Source of the DNA: Spirochaetia bacterium
GTDB taxonomy: Bacteria > Spirochaetota > Spirochaetia > SZUA-6 > Bin103
Assembly (NCBI GenBank): GCA_965208575.1
Contig: CBDBOV010000005.1
Location: 960,001 to 1,024,000, forward strand
Length of the DNA stretch: 64,000 bases
Direction: 5' to 3'
A model generated the notes under the pieces. It was not told where the DNA came from, made no database searches, and saw only the letters and a list, made by a program, of their open reading frames with translations. The position numbers and the translations under genes were made by a program. Below, piece after piece: positions 20,261-30,195 of this stretch (positions within the stretch are counted from its first letter, which is position 1; each line of letters opens with the position of its first letter).

Positions 20261-23200
20261 ATGCGACGCAACCTGATCGGAATCTCCTGCCTGTTGGCAC
20301 TCGCAGCGGCGGCAACCGCCGTTCATGCCGAAGACACCGCGCCCGCGATCTCTTCCATCAGGTTCCACGGCCACGGCTCCCCGGTGAGGGGCGGCACGTA
20401 CGAACGTGGCGAGCGGGTGCAGGTGGAGGTTCGGTTCGACCGGGCGGTGAAGGCAACCGGCAGTCCGCGGCTGGCACTGACTATCGGGACGCACACGCGG
20501 TACGCAACCTTTTCGGGACCGGGCGGCTCGTTTCCGGGCTCCTTCGATACGCTGTACTTCGACTACGTCGTGCAGGCGGGTGACCGCGATGAAGACGGGA
20601 TCAGCTTCGCCGCCAACGCGCTCAGCCTGAACGGCGGCACCATCAGGTCCGCGGACGGAACCGCCGACGCCGACTTGAACCACGACGCGGTTCCATCCTG
20701 GGGCGGTCACAAGGTGGACGGCGGCCTGGCGTCGCCGCCGGTAGTGATCGGCATCTCGTTGTGGTCGCCAGCGAAGGGCGACACCTACGAACTGGGGGAG
20801 ACGATCAACGTGCGCGTGGACTTTCACCGCGCGGTGACCGTGACCGGCAGTCCTCAGTTGGCGTTGACCATCGGGACGCAGACGCGGCATGCCGCGTACA
20901 CCAGGTCTTGGTGGGGCGGGAGCGTGCTGCTATTCAGCTACGCGGTGCAGGAAGAAGATCGCGATGAGGACGGGATCGGCATCCGGAACAATGCACTGTC
21001 GCTGAACGGTGGAACGATCACATCCGCGGACGGTACTGCCGACGCTGTTCTGGGCCATGCCGCGCAGAGCCGCCGGTTCAGCGGCAAGGTGGACGGCAGC
21101 CGGATCACGGTCCCGGCGGTAGAGCGTATTTCTCTCGTTTCCTCCCCGGCGAGGGGCGACACCTACGAACTCGGGGAGACGGTGCAGGTGAGAGTCGAGT
21201 TCGACGGTGCGATAAGGGTAACCGGCAATCCCCAGGTGGCGCTGACCGTCGGAACACGCACGCGGTACGCGACCTACAACGGCTGGGGTCCTGCCTCGTT
21301 GTACTTCAACTATACGGTGCAGCCGGGTGACCGGGACGAGGACGGGATCAGCATCGCGGCCAACGCGCTGGAGCTCAGCGGCGCAACCATCACGGCGACG
21401 GACGGTACGACCGCTGCCGACCTGACGCACCCGGAGGTAGGCGCCGACGACGGCGGCAAGGTGGACAGCAGCATGGTTACGCCGCCGCGGGTGACGGCCG
21501 TCTCCCTCATCTCCGCTCCGGCGAGGGGGGACACGTACGAGCTCGGCGAAGAGGTGGAGGTGCAAGTCGAGTTCGACCGGGCGGTGACGGTGACCGGCGA
21601 TCCTCGGTTGGCGTTGACCATCGGGTCCGAGACGCCGTATGCGGCCTACTTCGGCGCGTGGCAAGAGGACCGGTACCTGCTATTCGTGTACGCGGTGCAG
21701 GCGGGTGACCGTGACGAGGACGGGATCAGCATCGCGGCGAATGCACTGGTGGTCGACGGCGGGGCGATCACGGCCACCGACGGCACGACCGGCGCCGATC
21801 TGACCCACGCGGCGGTTACCCCCGTGGCCGGCGGCAAGGTGAACGGCAGCCGCGCCGTCACGCCGCCGCGGGTGCGGGGAGTCTCCCTGGTGTCCGCTCC
21901 GGAGCGGGGTGACACGTATCAGCTCGGCGAGACGGTTGAGGTGATGGTCGAGTTCGACGGCGCGGTGAGAGCGACCGGCGATCCCCGGTTGGCGCTCACC
22001 ATCGGGACGCGGAAGCGGTACGCGACCTTCTCCGGCTGGGGCAGCGATGCGCTGTACTTCAGCTACACCGTGCAGGCGGGTGACCGCGATGACGACGGGA
22101 TCGGCATCGCTGCCAACGCGCTGGAGCTCAGCGGCGGAACCATCACGGCCGCGGACGGTGTCACGGCAGCGGTCCTGATGCACGCGGCCGTGGTCCCCGC
22201 CGGCGTCGCCAAGGTCAACACCAGCGATGTCACGCCGCCGCGGGTGCGGGAGATCCGGTTCGCCTACTCTCCGGCGCGGGACGGTACCTACGAACTGGGC
22301 GAGACCGTGGAGGTGGAGGTCGAATTCGACCGGGCGGTGGAGTCGACGGGCGATCCCCAGGTTACGCTGACTGTCGGGACGCAAACGCGCTACGCGGCCT
22401 TCTCGGGATATGGAAGCGATACGCTGTACTTCGAGTACACCGTGCAGGCGGGTGACCGAGACGAGGACGGCATCGGCATCGAGGCCAACGGGCTGGTGTT
22501 GAACGGCGGGACGATCACGGCGGTGGACGGCGCCACCGCCGCCGACCTGAGTCACGACGCGCTGGCCGGCGGGCGCGGCCGCATGGTGGACGGCAGCCGG
22601 ATCACCCCACCGCGGCTGAGCGACATCTACTTCGTCTCCTCGCCGGCGCGGGGTGACACCTACGAACTGGGAGAGACGATCGAGCTGACTGTCGAGTTCG
22701 ACCGGGTGGTCATGGTGACCGGCAGTCCGCGGGTTGCGTTGGCCATCGGGGCGCAGACCCGATACGCGGCCTACTCCGCGTGGTCGGGGGAGGACCGGTA
22801 CCTGCACTTCAGCTACGCCGTGCAGGAGAGCGATCGTGATGAGCGCGGGATCCGCATCCCGGCCAACGCGCTGGAGACGGGCGGCGGAACCATCACGGCC
22901 GTCGGCGGCATTGCCGATGCCGATCTGACGCACCCGGCGGTGACCGGCGCCCCGGTCTTCAAGGTAAGCGGCGGCGTGGTCACCGCCCCCGCGGTGACTG
23001 CCATCTACCTCGACAACCACGTTCCGCCTCCGACCGGCGACACCTACGTCATCGGTGAGAGAATTCGGGTGTGGGTGGAGTTTGACAAGGAGGTCATCGT
23101 GCGCGGCAGCCCGCGGGTGGCGCTTACCATCGGGGGCGAGACCAGGCAGGCGCACTACTCGGGCTTCAGTGTTGCGGTCACGCCGGATGGCGGCACGATT

Positions 23201-23404
23201 GTCGACAAGGACGTGCTGTCCTTCGACTACCTGGTACAGGCAACGGACCGCGATGAGGACGGGGTCGGCATCCCGGCCAACGCGCTGGCCCTCAACGGCG
23301 GAACCATCAAGCACGCCGGCGACGGCACCACCGATGCCGACCTGACGCACGACGCGGTGCCCGCCGATCCCACGCGCAAGGTAGACGGCAACCGGACTGA
23401 ATGA
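20261..23404 (+). CDS. Secreted protein with 8 tandem ~125-130 aa beta-rich repeats
   Basis: Signal peptide ending AVHA, then eight copies of GDTYxLGExVxVxVxFD..VTGxPxLALTIG...LxFxYxVQxGDRDEDGI...ANALxLxGGTI...ADLTH. Confidence 0.9.
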   Translation: MRRNLIGISCLLALAAAATAVHAEDTAPAISSIRFHGHGSPVRGGTYERGERVQVEVRFDRAVKATGSPRLALTIGTHTRYATFSGPGGSFPGSFDTLYFDYVVQAGDRDEDGISFAANALSLNGGTIRSADGTADADLNHDAVPSWGGHKVDGGLASPPVVIGISLWSPAKGDTYELGETINVRVDFHRAVTVTGSPQLALTIGTQTRHAAYTRSWWGGSVLLFSYAVQEEDRDEDGIGIRNNALSLNGGTITSADGTADAVLGHAAQSRRFSGKVDGSRITVPAVERISLVSSPARGDTYELGETVQVRVEFDGAIRVTGNPQVALTVGTRTRYATYNGWGPASLYFNYTVQPGDRDEDGISIAANALELSGATITATDGTTAADLTHPEVGADDGGKVDSSMVTPPRVTAVSLISAPARGDTYELGEEVEVQVEFDRAVTVTGDPRLALTIGSETPYAAYFGAWQEDRYLLFVYAVQAGDRDEDGISIAANALVVDGGAITATDGTTGADLTHAAVTPVAGGKVNGSRAVTPPRVRGVSLVSAPERGDTYQLGETVEVMVEFDGAVRATGDPRLALTIGTRKRYATFSGWGSDALYFSYTVQAGDRDDDGIGIAANALELSGGTITAADGVTAAVLMHAAVVPAGVAKVNTSDVTPPRVREIRFAYSPARDGTYELGETVEVEVEFDRAVESTGDPQVTLTVGTQTRYAAFSGYGSDTLYFEYTVQAGDRDEDGIGIEANGLVLNGGTITAVDGATAADLSHDALAGGRGRMVDGSRITPPRLSDIYFVSSPARGDTYELGETIELTVEFDRVVMVTGSPRVALAIGAQTRYAAYSAWSGEDRYLHFSYAVQESDRDERGIRIPANALETGGGTITAVGGIADADLTHPAVTGAPVFKVSGGVVTAPAVTAIYLDNHVPPPTGDTYVIGERIRVWVEFDKEVIVRGSPRVALTIGGETRQAHYSGFSVAVTPDGGTIVDKDVLSFDYLVQATDRDEDGVGIPANALALNGGTIKHAGDGTTDADLTHDAVPADPTRKVDGNRTE

Positions 23405-23529
23405 CGAACCGACGCTGGACCATGCCACCCAACAAGTTGGTGCTTATGACCTGGCCCCCGCGTGACCGAGTATCCAGGACAACGGACCGCGCCGTGGCTA
23501 CCGGCTCGTCAGGCTGCGTGCGTGGGAAC

Positions 23530-24285
23530 TCAGAGCAGCGCCGGCAGCAGGGCGCGGCGCCTCTGCGGGTAGTCGGCAAAGGTATTGTGATACCAGGCAT
23601 GGCGCCACAGGGCGCGCGGCACCAGGTTGGCGATGGTCCACATCGCGAACGCCAGGCCGGGAAGCGACCAGGTGAGCAGCGCGACCCCGACCCACTCGAC
23701 GATCTCGCCGAGCAGGTTGGGGCACGACACCAGGTCGAACGGTCCGCCTGACGGCACCACGTAGGCGCCGCCACCGGCTCGGCGCAAGCGGCTGAGCCGG
23801 TAGTCGCACCACACGTTGAGCGCTGCGCCGCCGACCGCAACTACCACGCCGGCGATGACCGGTGGCCGCACCAGCCAGCCGGGAGGGTAGTGGGCGAGGT
23901 GGCCCATGAACCAACCCCACAGCACGCCATTGAAGAGGTTGAACAGGACGCCGGAGCAGCAGAAGATCACCGGAATCGTGCGGCCGCGCCGCTGCACCAG
24001 CCACGGCCACAGGAGGGCGCGGTGGCCGTAGTGGGCGATCCACATGACGACCACGATGTTGCCGACCGGATGCTGGTGCGAACTCGCCAGGTAGATGGCG
24101 GGGAAGGTGGCCAGCGCCGGAATCTCCATCAGAAACCAGCCCCAGCGACTGTCCATGCGCGGGCCGACGCCGCGGCCGCCGGTGCGCGCCACCGGATCCC
24201 ACCGCGCCAGGCAGCCCGCCAGGGTCGGCACGGCGAGCGCGGCCCAGATCGCCGCCAGCCAGGTGAACGAGGCGTCGCCGGTCAC
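23530..24285 (-). CDS. 3-oxo-5-alpha-steroid 4-dehydrogenase / DUF1295-like membrane protein
   Basis: GWFLMEIPA, HYGHRA, VSCPNLLGEIVEW, NLVPRALWRHAWY. GTG 24285 overlaps the upstream stop. Confidence 0.88.
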   Translation of the reverse strand: MTGDASFTWLAAIWAALAVPTLAGCLARWDPVARTGGRGVGPRMDSRWGWFLMEIPALATFPAIYLASSHQHPVGNIVVVMWIAHYGHRALLWPWLVQRRGRTIPVIFCCSGVLFNLFNGVLWGWFMGHLAHYPPGWLVRPPVIAGVVVAVGGAALNVWCDYRLSRLRRAGGGAYVVPSGGPFDLVSCPNLLGEIVEWVGVALLTWSLPGLAFAMWTIANLVPRALWRHAWYHNTFADYPQRRRALLPALL

Positions 24286-25322
24286 GCCAGCATACCGCGG
24301 GCACGGAACCACGCCAGCGCGTCAGCCACGGTGTCGCCGAACGGGCGCGGCGCGTATTCGAGGTGCTGCCTGGCTGAAGCGTCGTCGACCGACGCCGGGC
24401 AGTCGTGCAGCATGTCGAGCGCGTTGCGGGAGTAGATTGGCGGGCGGCGGCCAAGCGCCGAGTGCGCCCGGATGAGAGGCAGCGCCGCCACGGCGAGCGC
24501 ACGCGGCAGAACGGGACGCCGGACGTTACGGTCCAGCGCGTGCGAGCACAAGTCCGCCAGTTCGCGCACCGAAGCGTAGCGCCCGGTGGTGAAGTAGACA
24601 GCGCCGGCTTCCCCGCGCGCGACCGCGCCGGCGACCGCCGCCGCGACGTCGCGTACGTCGCACCACCAGTAGCCGCCCCTCACCAGGCAGGGCAACCGGC
24701 CGCAGGCGATGCCGAGCAGCATGCCGCCCACCGGGGTGGGACGCCGGTCGCCGGGCCCCAGGAGCCCGGACGGGCACACCAGAGATGCATCGAGCTGCCC
24801 GTCGCGGGCGGCCTGCAGCACCGCCGCGTGAGCTTGCGCCTTGGTCGCGCCGTAGGGTATGCGCGACGCCGACGCGAGCGGCGAATCGGCACCGAGCGAC
24901 GTGCCGCGCAACGGCCCAAAGGCATGAATGGAACTGACGTGCACCAGTTTGCGCAGGCCTGCGGCAATGCAGGCGGCAACCACGTTGCGCGTGCCGCGCA
25001 GGTTTACGGCACTTGCGGTTCCCTCCGGGTCGCGGTCGATACGTACCGCGGCAGCGGTGTGGACCACCGCATCGACGCCCCGCAGCGCCGCCTCCACCGA
25101 GTTGGGATCGCGCATCTCCGCCGGGTAGTCCTCGATCCGCGTGCCGACAAACTGCGCCGACCTGTCGTCTCCGCCGGCGTGAGTAACGGCGCGCACCCGG
25201 CAGCCGCGCTCCAGCAGTACCCGGCACACGTGGCCGCCGAGGAAGCCGCCGGCCCCGGTCACGGCCACCGTGGCGGCAGCTTGCCCGGAGGGTAGTCGCG
25301 GTGGAGTTGCGGCGGGATTCAA
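24282..25322 (-). CDS. NAD-dependent epimerase/dehydratase (3-beta-HSD/dihydroflavonol reductase-like)
   Basis: VTGAGGFLG, VHVSS, YGATK. Confidence 0.9.
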   Translation of the reverse strand: MNPAATPPRLPSGQAAATVAVTGAGGFLGGHVCRVLLERGCRVRAVTHAGGDDRSAQFVGTRIEDYPAEMRDPNSVEAALRGVDAVVHTAAAVRIDRDPEGTASAVNLRGTRNVVAACIAAGLRKLVHVSSIHAFGPLRGTSLGADSPLASASRIPYGATKAQAHAAVLQAARDGQLDASLVCPSGLLGPGDRRPTPVGGMLLGIACGRLPCLVRGGYWWCDVRDVAAAVAGAVARGEAGAVYFTTGRYASVRELADLCSHALDRNVRRPVLPRALAVAALPLIRAHSALGRRPPIYSRNALDMLHDCPASVDDASARQHLEYAPRPFGDTVADALAWFRARGMLA

Positions 25323-25328
25323 CGTGGA

Positions 25329-25781
25329 ATGAACCAGACGTGCTTGGTTGGTCTGAGCATTGGATCGGCGTTCCAGAAAGACCGGCTGGCGGTGACGCTA
25401 TTCGCTTCCCTCGTGGACGTCAACGATGTCTCTCGCTGCGGTGCGCCGCTACCGGCAGGAGCGCGTGCGCGCCGAGATGGCCTCCAGGGGCATCGGCGCC
25501 GTCATCCTCAGCGATTCGGTCAACATTCGATATGCCAGCGGCAGCCGGAACATGCAGGTCTTCACGTCCCGCAACGCCCCGTCCCGCTATCTCGTACTCA
25601 CCGGGGACCGTTCGATCCTGTTCGAGTTCACCGGGTGCGAGCACCTCGCGGACGGGCTCGACACCATCGACGAAGTACGACCGGCGCTGACCGCCAGCTA
25701 CTGGAACAGCAAATACTGGTCACCGAGACGGGCACCGAGCTGTTGAGCACGTTCCCATTCGAGCAGGCGCTGCTGGCCTGA
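25329..25781 (+). pseudogene. Collapsed M24 (Xaa-Pro peptidase/DddP-like) gene
   Basis: N-terminal RRYRQERVR..NIRYASGSRNMQ is joined near 25700 to the extreme C-terminus LEQQILVTETGTELLSTFPFE. The catalytic core is missing and the frame shifts. Confidence 0.8.
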
Positions 25782-25828
25782 GGCCCGGCCCTGCCACGGC
25801 CCACTGCCACCACCGGTACGCGGCCTGC

Positions 25829-26578
25829 CTACTCGACGAGGGCCTTACGAAGGCTTTCGATCTGCCGGTCGGTGAGTCCAGCGGAGCGGGCATAGCCCTC
25901 CGCTCCTCCATACTCCGTCTTGAGGTACCCCAACACCTTGAGCATGCCGTCGGGCGGGCAGAACTCGCGCTGGTAGTCGCGCCAGCTCTCGACTTGGGCT
26001 TCAATCTCGACCTCCAGCGGCTCGACCTGGCAGCGCTCCCACAGGAACCTGGCCGTGAGACCGTAGTCTTGAGCGATGGTCTCAGCAGGCACCCCGGCGA
26101 TCGCCAGGAGCAGCGCGCTTGTCACACCGGTCCGGTCCTTGCCGCCGGCACAGTGGTATAGGGCCGGCAGGGCCCCCGGCTCGGCCATCGTCGCCAGTAC
26201 CCTGCCGATCTGCGCCTGGCGGTGCCTGAGCCAGGGGGTGTAGGAGGCGAATATCTGGTCTGAAGGCGTGCCCACCACAGGAGGATCGGGAAGCGGCTCG
26301 TCACCGACCACGTTGTGGTGGTGATAGCTCACCTCGGTCGAACCGGCAAAGACGTTGGGGAAGAGCGCAAGCTCGCGGGACTGGCGGAGGTCGATGACAG
26401 AGCGTAGCCGATGCCTTTGCAGCACTTGTTGGTCTCTCTTCGTCAGCCGATGGAGGCTGTCGGCGCGGAAGAAGGTGCGCCACCTGACGTGACGCCCATC
26501 TGCCGTGGCGTAACCGCCTAGGTCCCGGACGTTCCAAGCGCCATCCATGTCGAGTCGCCGGTTCGGTTCCTGTCCCAT
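25829..26578 (-). CDS. Tyrosine/dual-specificity protein phosphatase (Y_phosphatase3-type)
   Basis: NVRDLGGY, IDLR, HCAGGKDRTG P-loop. Confidence 0.93.
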   Translation of the reverse strand: MGQEPNRRLDMDGAWNVRDLGGYATADGRHVRWRTFFRADSLHRLTKRDQQVLQRHRLRSVIDLRQSRELALFPNVFAGSTEVSYHHHNVVGDEPLPDPPVVGTPSDQIFASYTPWLRHRQAQIGRVLATMAEPGALPALYHCAGGKDRTGVTSALLLAIAGVPAETIAQDYGLTARFLWERCQVEPLEVEIEAQVESWRDYQREFCPPDGMLKVLGYLKTEYGGAEGYARSAGLTDRQIESLRKALVE

Positions 26579-26638
26579 TACTCCCCCTTCCGTGCACTGG
26601 TCCGAAAATGGCGGCCACCGTGCACTGCCCCATGCGCC

Positions 26639-26681
26639 GTTTTCATGGTCTTCCATGGCACGGAATGACCGTGCAGACTCA
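26639..26681 (-). repeat. 43-bp dispersed double-hairpin element, copy 1
   Basis: The reverse complement matches 33051..33093 at 37/43 positions. Confidence 0.75.
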
Positions 26682-26851
26682 TGATCGATGACTGTCTCCA
26701 GTATTGCAGAGTCGCGGTGTCTATGCAGCGCTACCGGTACTCCTTCAGGCGCTGAGCGAGCTTGAGCGTCATGCCGGGCACGGCGGCGACGCCGTGTTGC
26801 GGGTGTTTGAGCAATGGCAGCCGGGTTACGCGGTAGGTGGGAGCGTCCGGG

Positions 26852-27265
26852 TCAGGTGTCTGCCAGCCAGTTCTCGATGGCGAGTCCCGGCACGCGGGTA
26901 AACTCGTCGGTGTTGTGGGTAACGAGCGTCGCCCCCAAGGCCCTGGCGTGAGCGGCGATCAGTAGGTCGTTGTGCCCGATGGGACGACCGACGCGCTCCA
27001 ACTCGGTGCGTATCTCGCCGTAGTGCCGGTCGGCCTGCTCCTCGAGCGGCAGGATGTCGATTCCCTCCAGTACGGCTTCCAGTTGCGACGACAGGCGTGC
27101 GGAGCGCTTGCGGGAGGCGCCGTAGCGTAGCTCGCAGGCTACGATGATGCTGATCCCGAACTCGCTCCGAGGCATCGCCGACAGCCGCTCTGCGAGTGTG
27201 CCGCCCGGGTCTCGGACGACCGCGGAAACGATGTTGGTGTCCAGCAGAAAGCGCACCGCCGGCAC
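26852..27265 (-). CDS. vapC: PIN-domain toxin
   Basis: FLLDTNIVS, ELRYG, IGHNDLLIAAHA, LVTHN..EF.RVPGL.IENW. Confidence 0.95.
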   Translation of the reverse strand: MPAVRFLLDTNIVSAVVRDPGGTLAERLSAMPRSEFGISIIVACELRYGASRKRSARLSSQLEAVLEGIDILPLEEQADRHYGEIRTELERVGRPIGHNDLLIAAHARALGATLVTHNTDEFTRVPGLAIENWLADT

Positions 27266-27267
27266 CG

Positions 27268-27534
27268 TCAGAACACATCCTCCGGCAGTGCAGGAGGATC
27301 GGCTGCCTCCGGCACATCCTCGCCGAGCGGCCTGAGTCCGGGGAGGATCTCGGCCAGGGGACGTCGACGCGCGACGGGCTCGACGATCAGACGGTCTTCT
27401 TCTTTGCGCAGAATGACCTCGTCACCCGGAAACTCCAGCTCGCGCGGTATCCGCAACGCTTGATTGCGGCCGTTTCGGAACAGCCTGGCGCGGCGCAGGC
27501 CCTGCGGCTGAGTTGACGGTTTGCCGTTCGGCAT
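27268..27534 (-). CDS. vapB: AbrB/SpoVT-type antitoxin
   Basis: ARLFRNGRNQALRIPRELEF. Adjacent to vapC. Confidence 0.92.
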   Translation of the reverse strand: MPNGKPSTQPQGLRRARLFRNGRNQALRIPRELEFPGDEVILRKEEDRLIVEPVARRRPLAEILPGLRPLGEDVPEAADPPALPEDVF

Positions 27535-27692
27535 ATGCCAAGCCTATACCAACGGGCCGCGCCGTGCCAACCCGGCCGGAGCCGGCCTCTTGCCAGGCCC
27601 GCCGGGGCGGCCCGACGGTCCGGCAAATCCTGGCAAGGAACGTACTTCATCGGCTGCGTGACGCTGACGGGCATGAAGACGTGACGCGGAAC

Positions 27693-28781
27693 TCAGAGCA
27701 ATGCCGGAAGCAGGGCGCGGCGTCGCCGCGGGTAGTCGGCAAAGGTTTTCCGATACCAGGAGTGGCGCCACAGCGCCCTCGGCACCAAGTTGGCGATGGT
27801 CCACATGGCGAACGCCAACCCGGACAGCGACCAGGTGAGCAGCGCGACCCCGACCCACTCGACGATCTCGCCGAGCAGGTTGGGGCACGAAACCAGGTCG
27901 AAGGGTCCGCGCGACGGCATCACGTAGGCATCGTTTGCCGCCTTGCGCAAACGGCTGAGCCGGTAGTCGCTCCACACATTGAGCGCTGCGCCACCGACCG
28001 CAAGTACCAGGCCGGCGATGACTAGTGGCCGCGCCAGCCAGCCGGAAGGATAGTAGACAGCGCCTGCTTCCCCGCCCGCGACCGCGTCGGCGACCGCCGC
28101 CGCGACATCGCGCACGTCGCACCACCAGTAGCCGCCCCTTACCAGGCAGGGCAACCGGCCGCCGGCGATCCCGAGCAGCATGCCGCCCACCGGTGTGGGG
28201 CGCCGGTCACCGGGCCCCAGGAGCCCGGACGGGCAGACCAGAGATGCGTCGAGCTTCCCGTCGCGAGCCGCCTCCAGCACAGCGGCGTGGGCTTGCGCCT
28301 TGGTCGCGCCGCAAGGTACGCGCCACGCCAAGGCGAGCGGCGAATCCGCGCCGAGCGACGTGCCTCGCAACGGCCCGAAGGCATGGATGGAACTTACGTG
28401 CACCAGCTTGCCGAGCCCGCCGGCGATGCAGGCGGCAATCACGTTGCGGGTGCCAACTAGGTTTACGGCGTGCGCCTCTCCTTCAGCGTCGCAGTCGACG
28501 CGCACCGCGGCGGCTGTGTGAATCACCGCACACGGCGCCGCGCCGCGCCGCCTTCACCGAACCGGGATCTCGATTTTCGCCGGTTACTCCTCGATCCGCG
28601 TGCCGACAGATTCCTGCGACCTGTCGTCGCCGCCGGTATGAGTAACGGCGCGCACCCGGCAGCCGCGCTCCAACAGTTCGCGGCACACGTGGCTGCCCAG
28701 AAAGCCGCCGGACCCGGTCACGGCCACCGTAGCGACGGCCTGCCCGGATGACGCCGGCGAGGGAGTCACGGCGGAGTTCAC
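27693..28781 (-). pseudogene. Degenerate duplicate of the epimerase + steroid-reductase pair, fused by deletion
   Basis: Clear homology to 23530..25322. Premature TAA at 28584 and a frameshift. In-frame junction AVY|YPSGWL near 28050 removes about 0.7 kb. Confidence 0.9.
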
Positions 28782-29014
28782 GGTGGCATGAGCCGGACGC
28801 GCTTGAATGATCTGTGCATTGGATATGCATTCCCGTTTGACCGGCCTGCTATGACCCTATGGGGTTCCCAGGGCCGTCAACGATCGGTGAGCTGCTGGTG
28901 AGTGATCGAACAGGTCCGATCGTTGACCCTTTACAACGACTTCTCGTGTACCGACCGCGAGTCCCGCGAGTCTGAACGCGTTCGATGTGGCAGACGGACG
29001 TGCGAAGGGCGATG

Positions 29015-29084
29015 TTCACTATACAGTGAATATTGCCCTTCTCTTGAACATACGCTATAGTAAGCATATTTGCTGAACAGCAAA
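29015..29084. promoter_or_regulatory. Two inverted repeats upstream of the AbiEi-like gene
   Basis: TTCACTATACAGTGAA (29015-29030) and TTTGCTGAACAGCAAA (29069-29084). AbiEi proteins are known to autoregulate through promoter inverted repeats. Confidence 0.6.
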
Positions 29085-29094
29085 GTGGGCGAGA

Positions 29095-30195
29095 ATGCTG
29101 ATGCTTGGCTCGGAGGTCATGGAGAAACAGCTGCTCGAAGCGTTCCTGGAGGCCCTGCGCGAGCTGCCCGACGTGCAGGCGGAGTTCGGTGGCGTCGAAC
29201 ACCCGGGTGGAACCGATCTAGGACATGACGCACAGGTTGAGCTCCATGCGGGTGGGAAGGCGGCCACCCTACTGATACAGGTGAAGAAGGCCGTATATCC
29301 CCGTGACGTCCGGCAGGCGCTCTGGCAGAATCGGGAATCCGCACGTAAACGGCTTGAGCTGGTGGAAGGACGGCGGCCGTCGTTCGTCCTGGTCGCCCAA
29401 TCGATTTCACCTGGCGCCAAGGAGTTACTGAGGAACGAACGAGTTGGCTACTACGACAGCGGCGGCAGCCTGTTTCTTCCTGTCGCCAGCATCTACGTCT
29501 ACGTGGACAAGCCACCACCGAAGAGCTTGTCGAGGTACATCCGCTCCTTGTTTTCGGGCCGTCGTGCGCAAGTGCTGCACGCGGTCCTGGTGCGGGATCG
29601 AGAGTGGTTCGGAGTGAAGGAGATCGCCAACCGGGCCCGAGTATCGCCCGCGACCGCATCGCAAGTGTTGACAGAACTGGAGAGACTCGACTGGGTGGTG
29701 TCGCGTGGGCACGGCCCAGGCAAGGAACGCCACCTGCAAGAGCCCGGTGCGCTGCTGGATGCATGGGTGAACCAGCTGACGGTGATGCGACCCTTGTCCA
29801 TGCGGCGGTACTTTGTACCGTCGGCGCGTGCGGAGGGGTTGGTGGAGAAGTTCGCCGAGGTCTGCGTAGCGAGCAAGGCGGAGTACGCGATCACCCACGA
29901 GGCGGCCGGGCAACGGTACGCGCCGTTTCTGTCGACTGTCTCGCAGGTGCGTTGTCGCCTGCTGGACGGCCCGGCAGCTGATCGGGCGCTTGGCGCGCTG
30001 GATGCTCGACTCGTCGACCAAGGCGCGAACCTATCGGTCATTAAGGTCAAGTCGTCGGACGAGCTGCTGTTTCGCGAGTTCGTGAACGGGATCTGGCTCG
30101 CAAGCGCGGTACAGGTCTACCTCGACCTGATGCGTAGCGAGGGTCGCGCGAAGGACATGGCGAATCACCTACGCCACGAAAGAATCGGTTTCTGA
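29095..30195 (+). CDS. Type IV TA AbiEi-like antitoxin/transcriptional regulator
   Basis: GYYDSGGSLFL, central HTH (VKEIANRARVSPATASQVL), LLDAW, VQVYLDL..GR. Confidence 0.8.
   Translation: MLMLGSEVMEKQLLEAFLEALRELPDVQAEFGGVEHPGGTDLGHDAQVELHAGGKAATLLIQVKKAVYPRDVRQALWQNRESARKRLELVEGRRPSFVLVAQSISPGAKELLRNERVGYYDSGGSLFLPVASIYVYVDKPPPKSLSRYIRSLFSGRRAQVLHAVLVRDREWFGVKEIANRARVSPATASQVLTELERLDWVVSRGHGPGKERHLQEPGALLDAWVNQLTVMRPLSMRRYFVPSARAEGLVEKFAEVCVASKAEYAITHEAAGQRYAPFLSTVSQVRCRLLDGPAADRALGALDARLVDQGANLSVIKVKSSDELLFREFVNGIWLASAVQVYLDLMRSEGRAKDMANHLRHERIGF

Noticed and set aside
20330-23400. Repeats as a CRISPR or DGR template/variable repeat
   Set aside because: They are in-frame protein domain repeats with general divergence. 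No reverse transcriptase is present and no adenine-specific pattern is evident.
26704-26830. Short ORF fragment between the phosphatase and vapC
   Set aside because: No recognisable motif, and it overlaps the vapC end.
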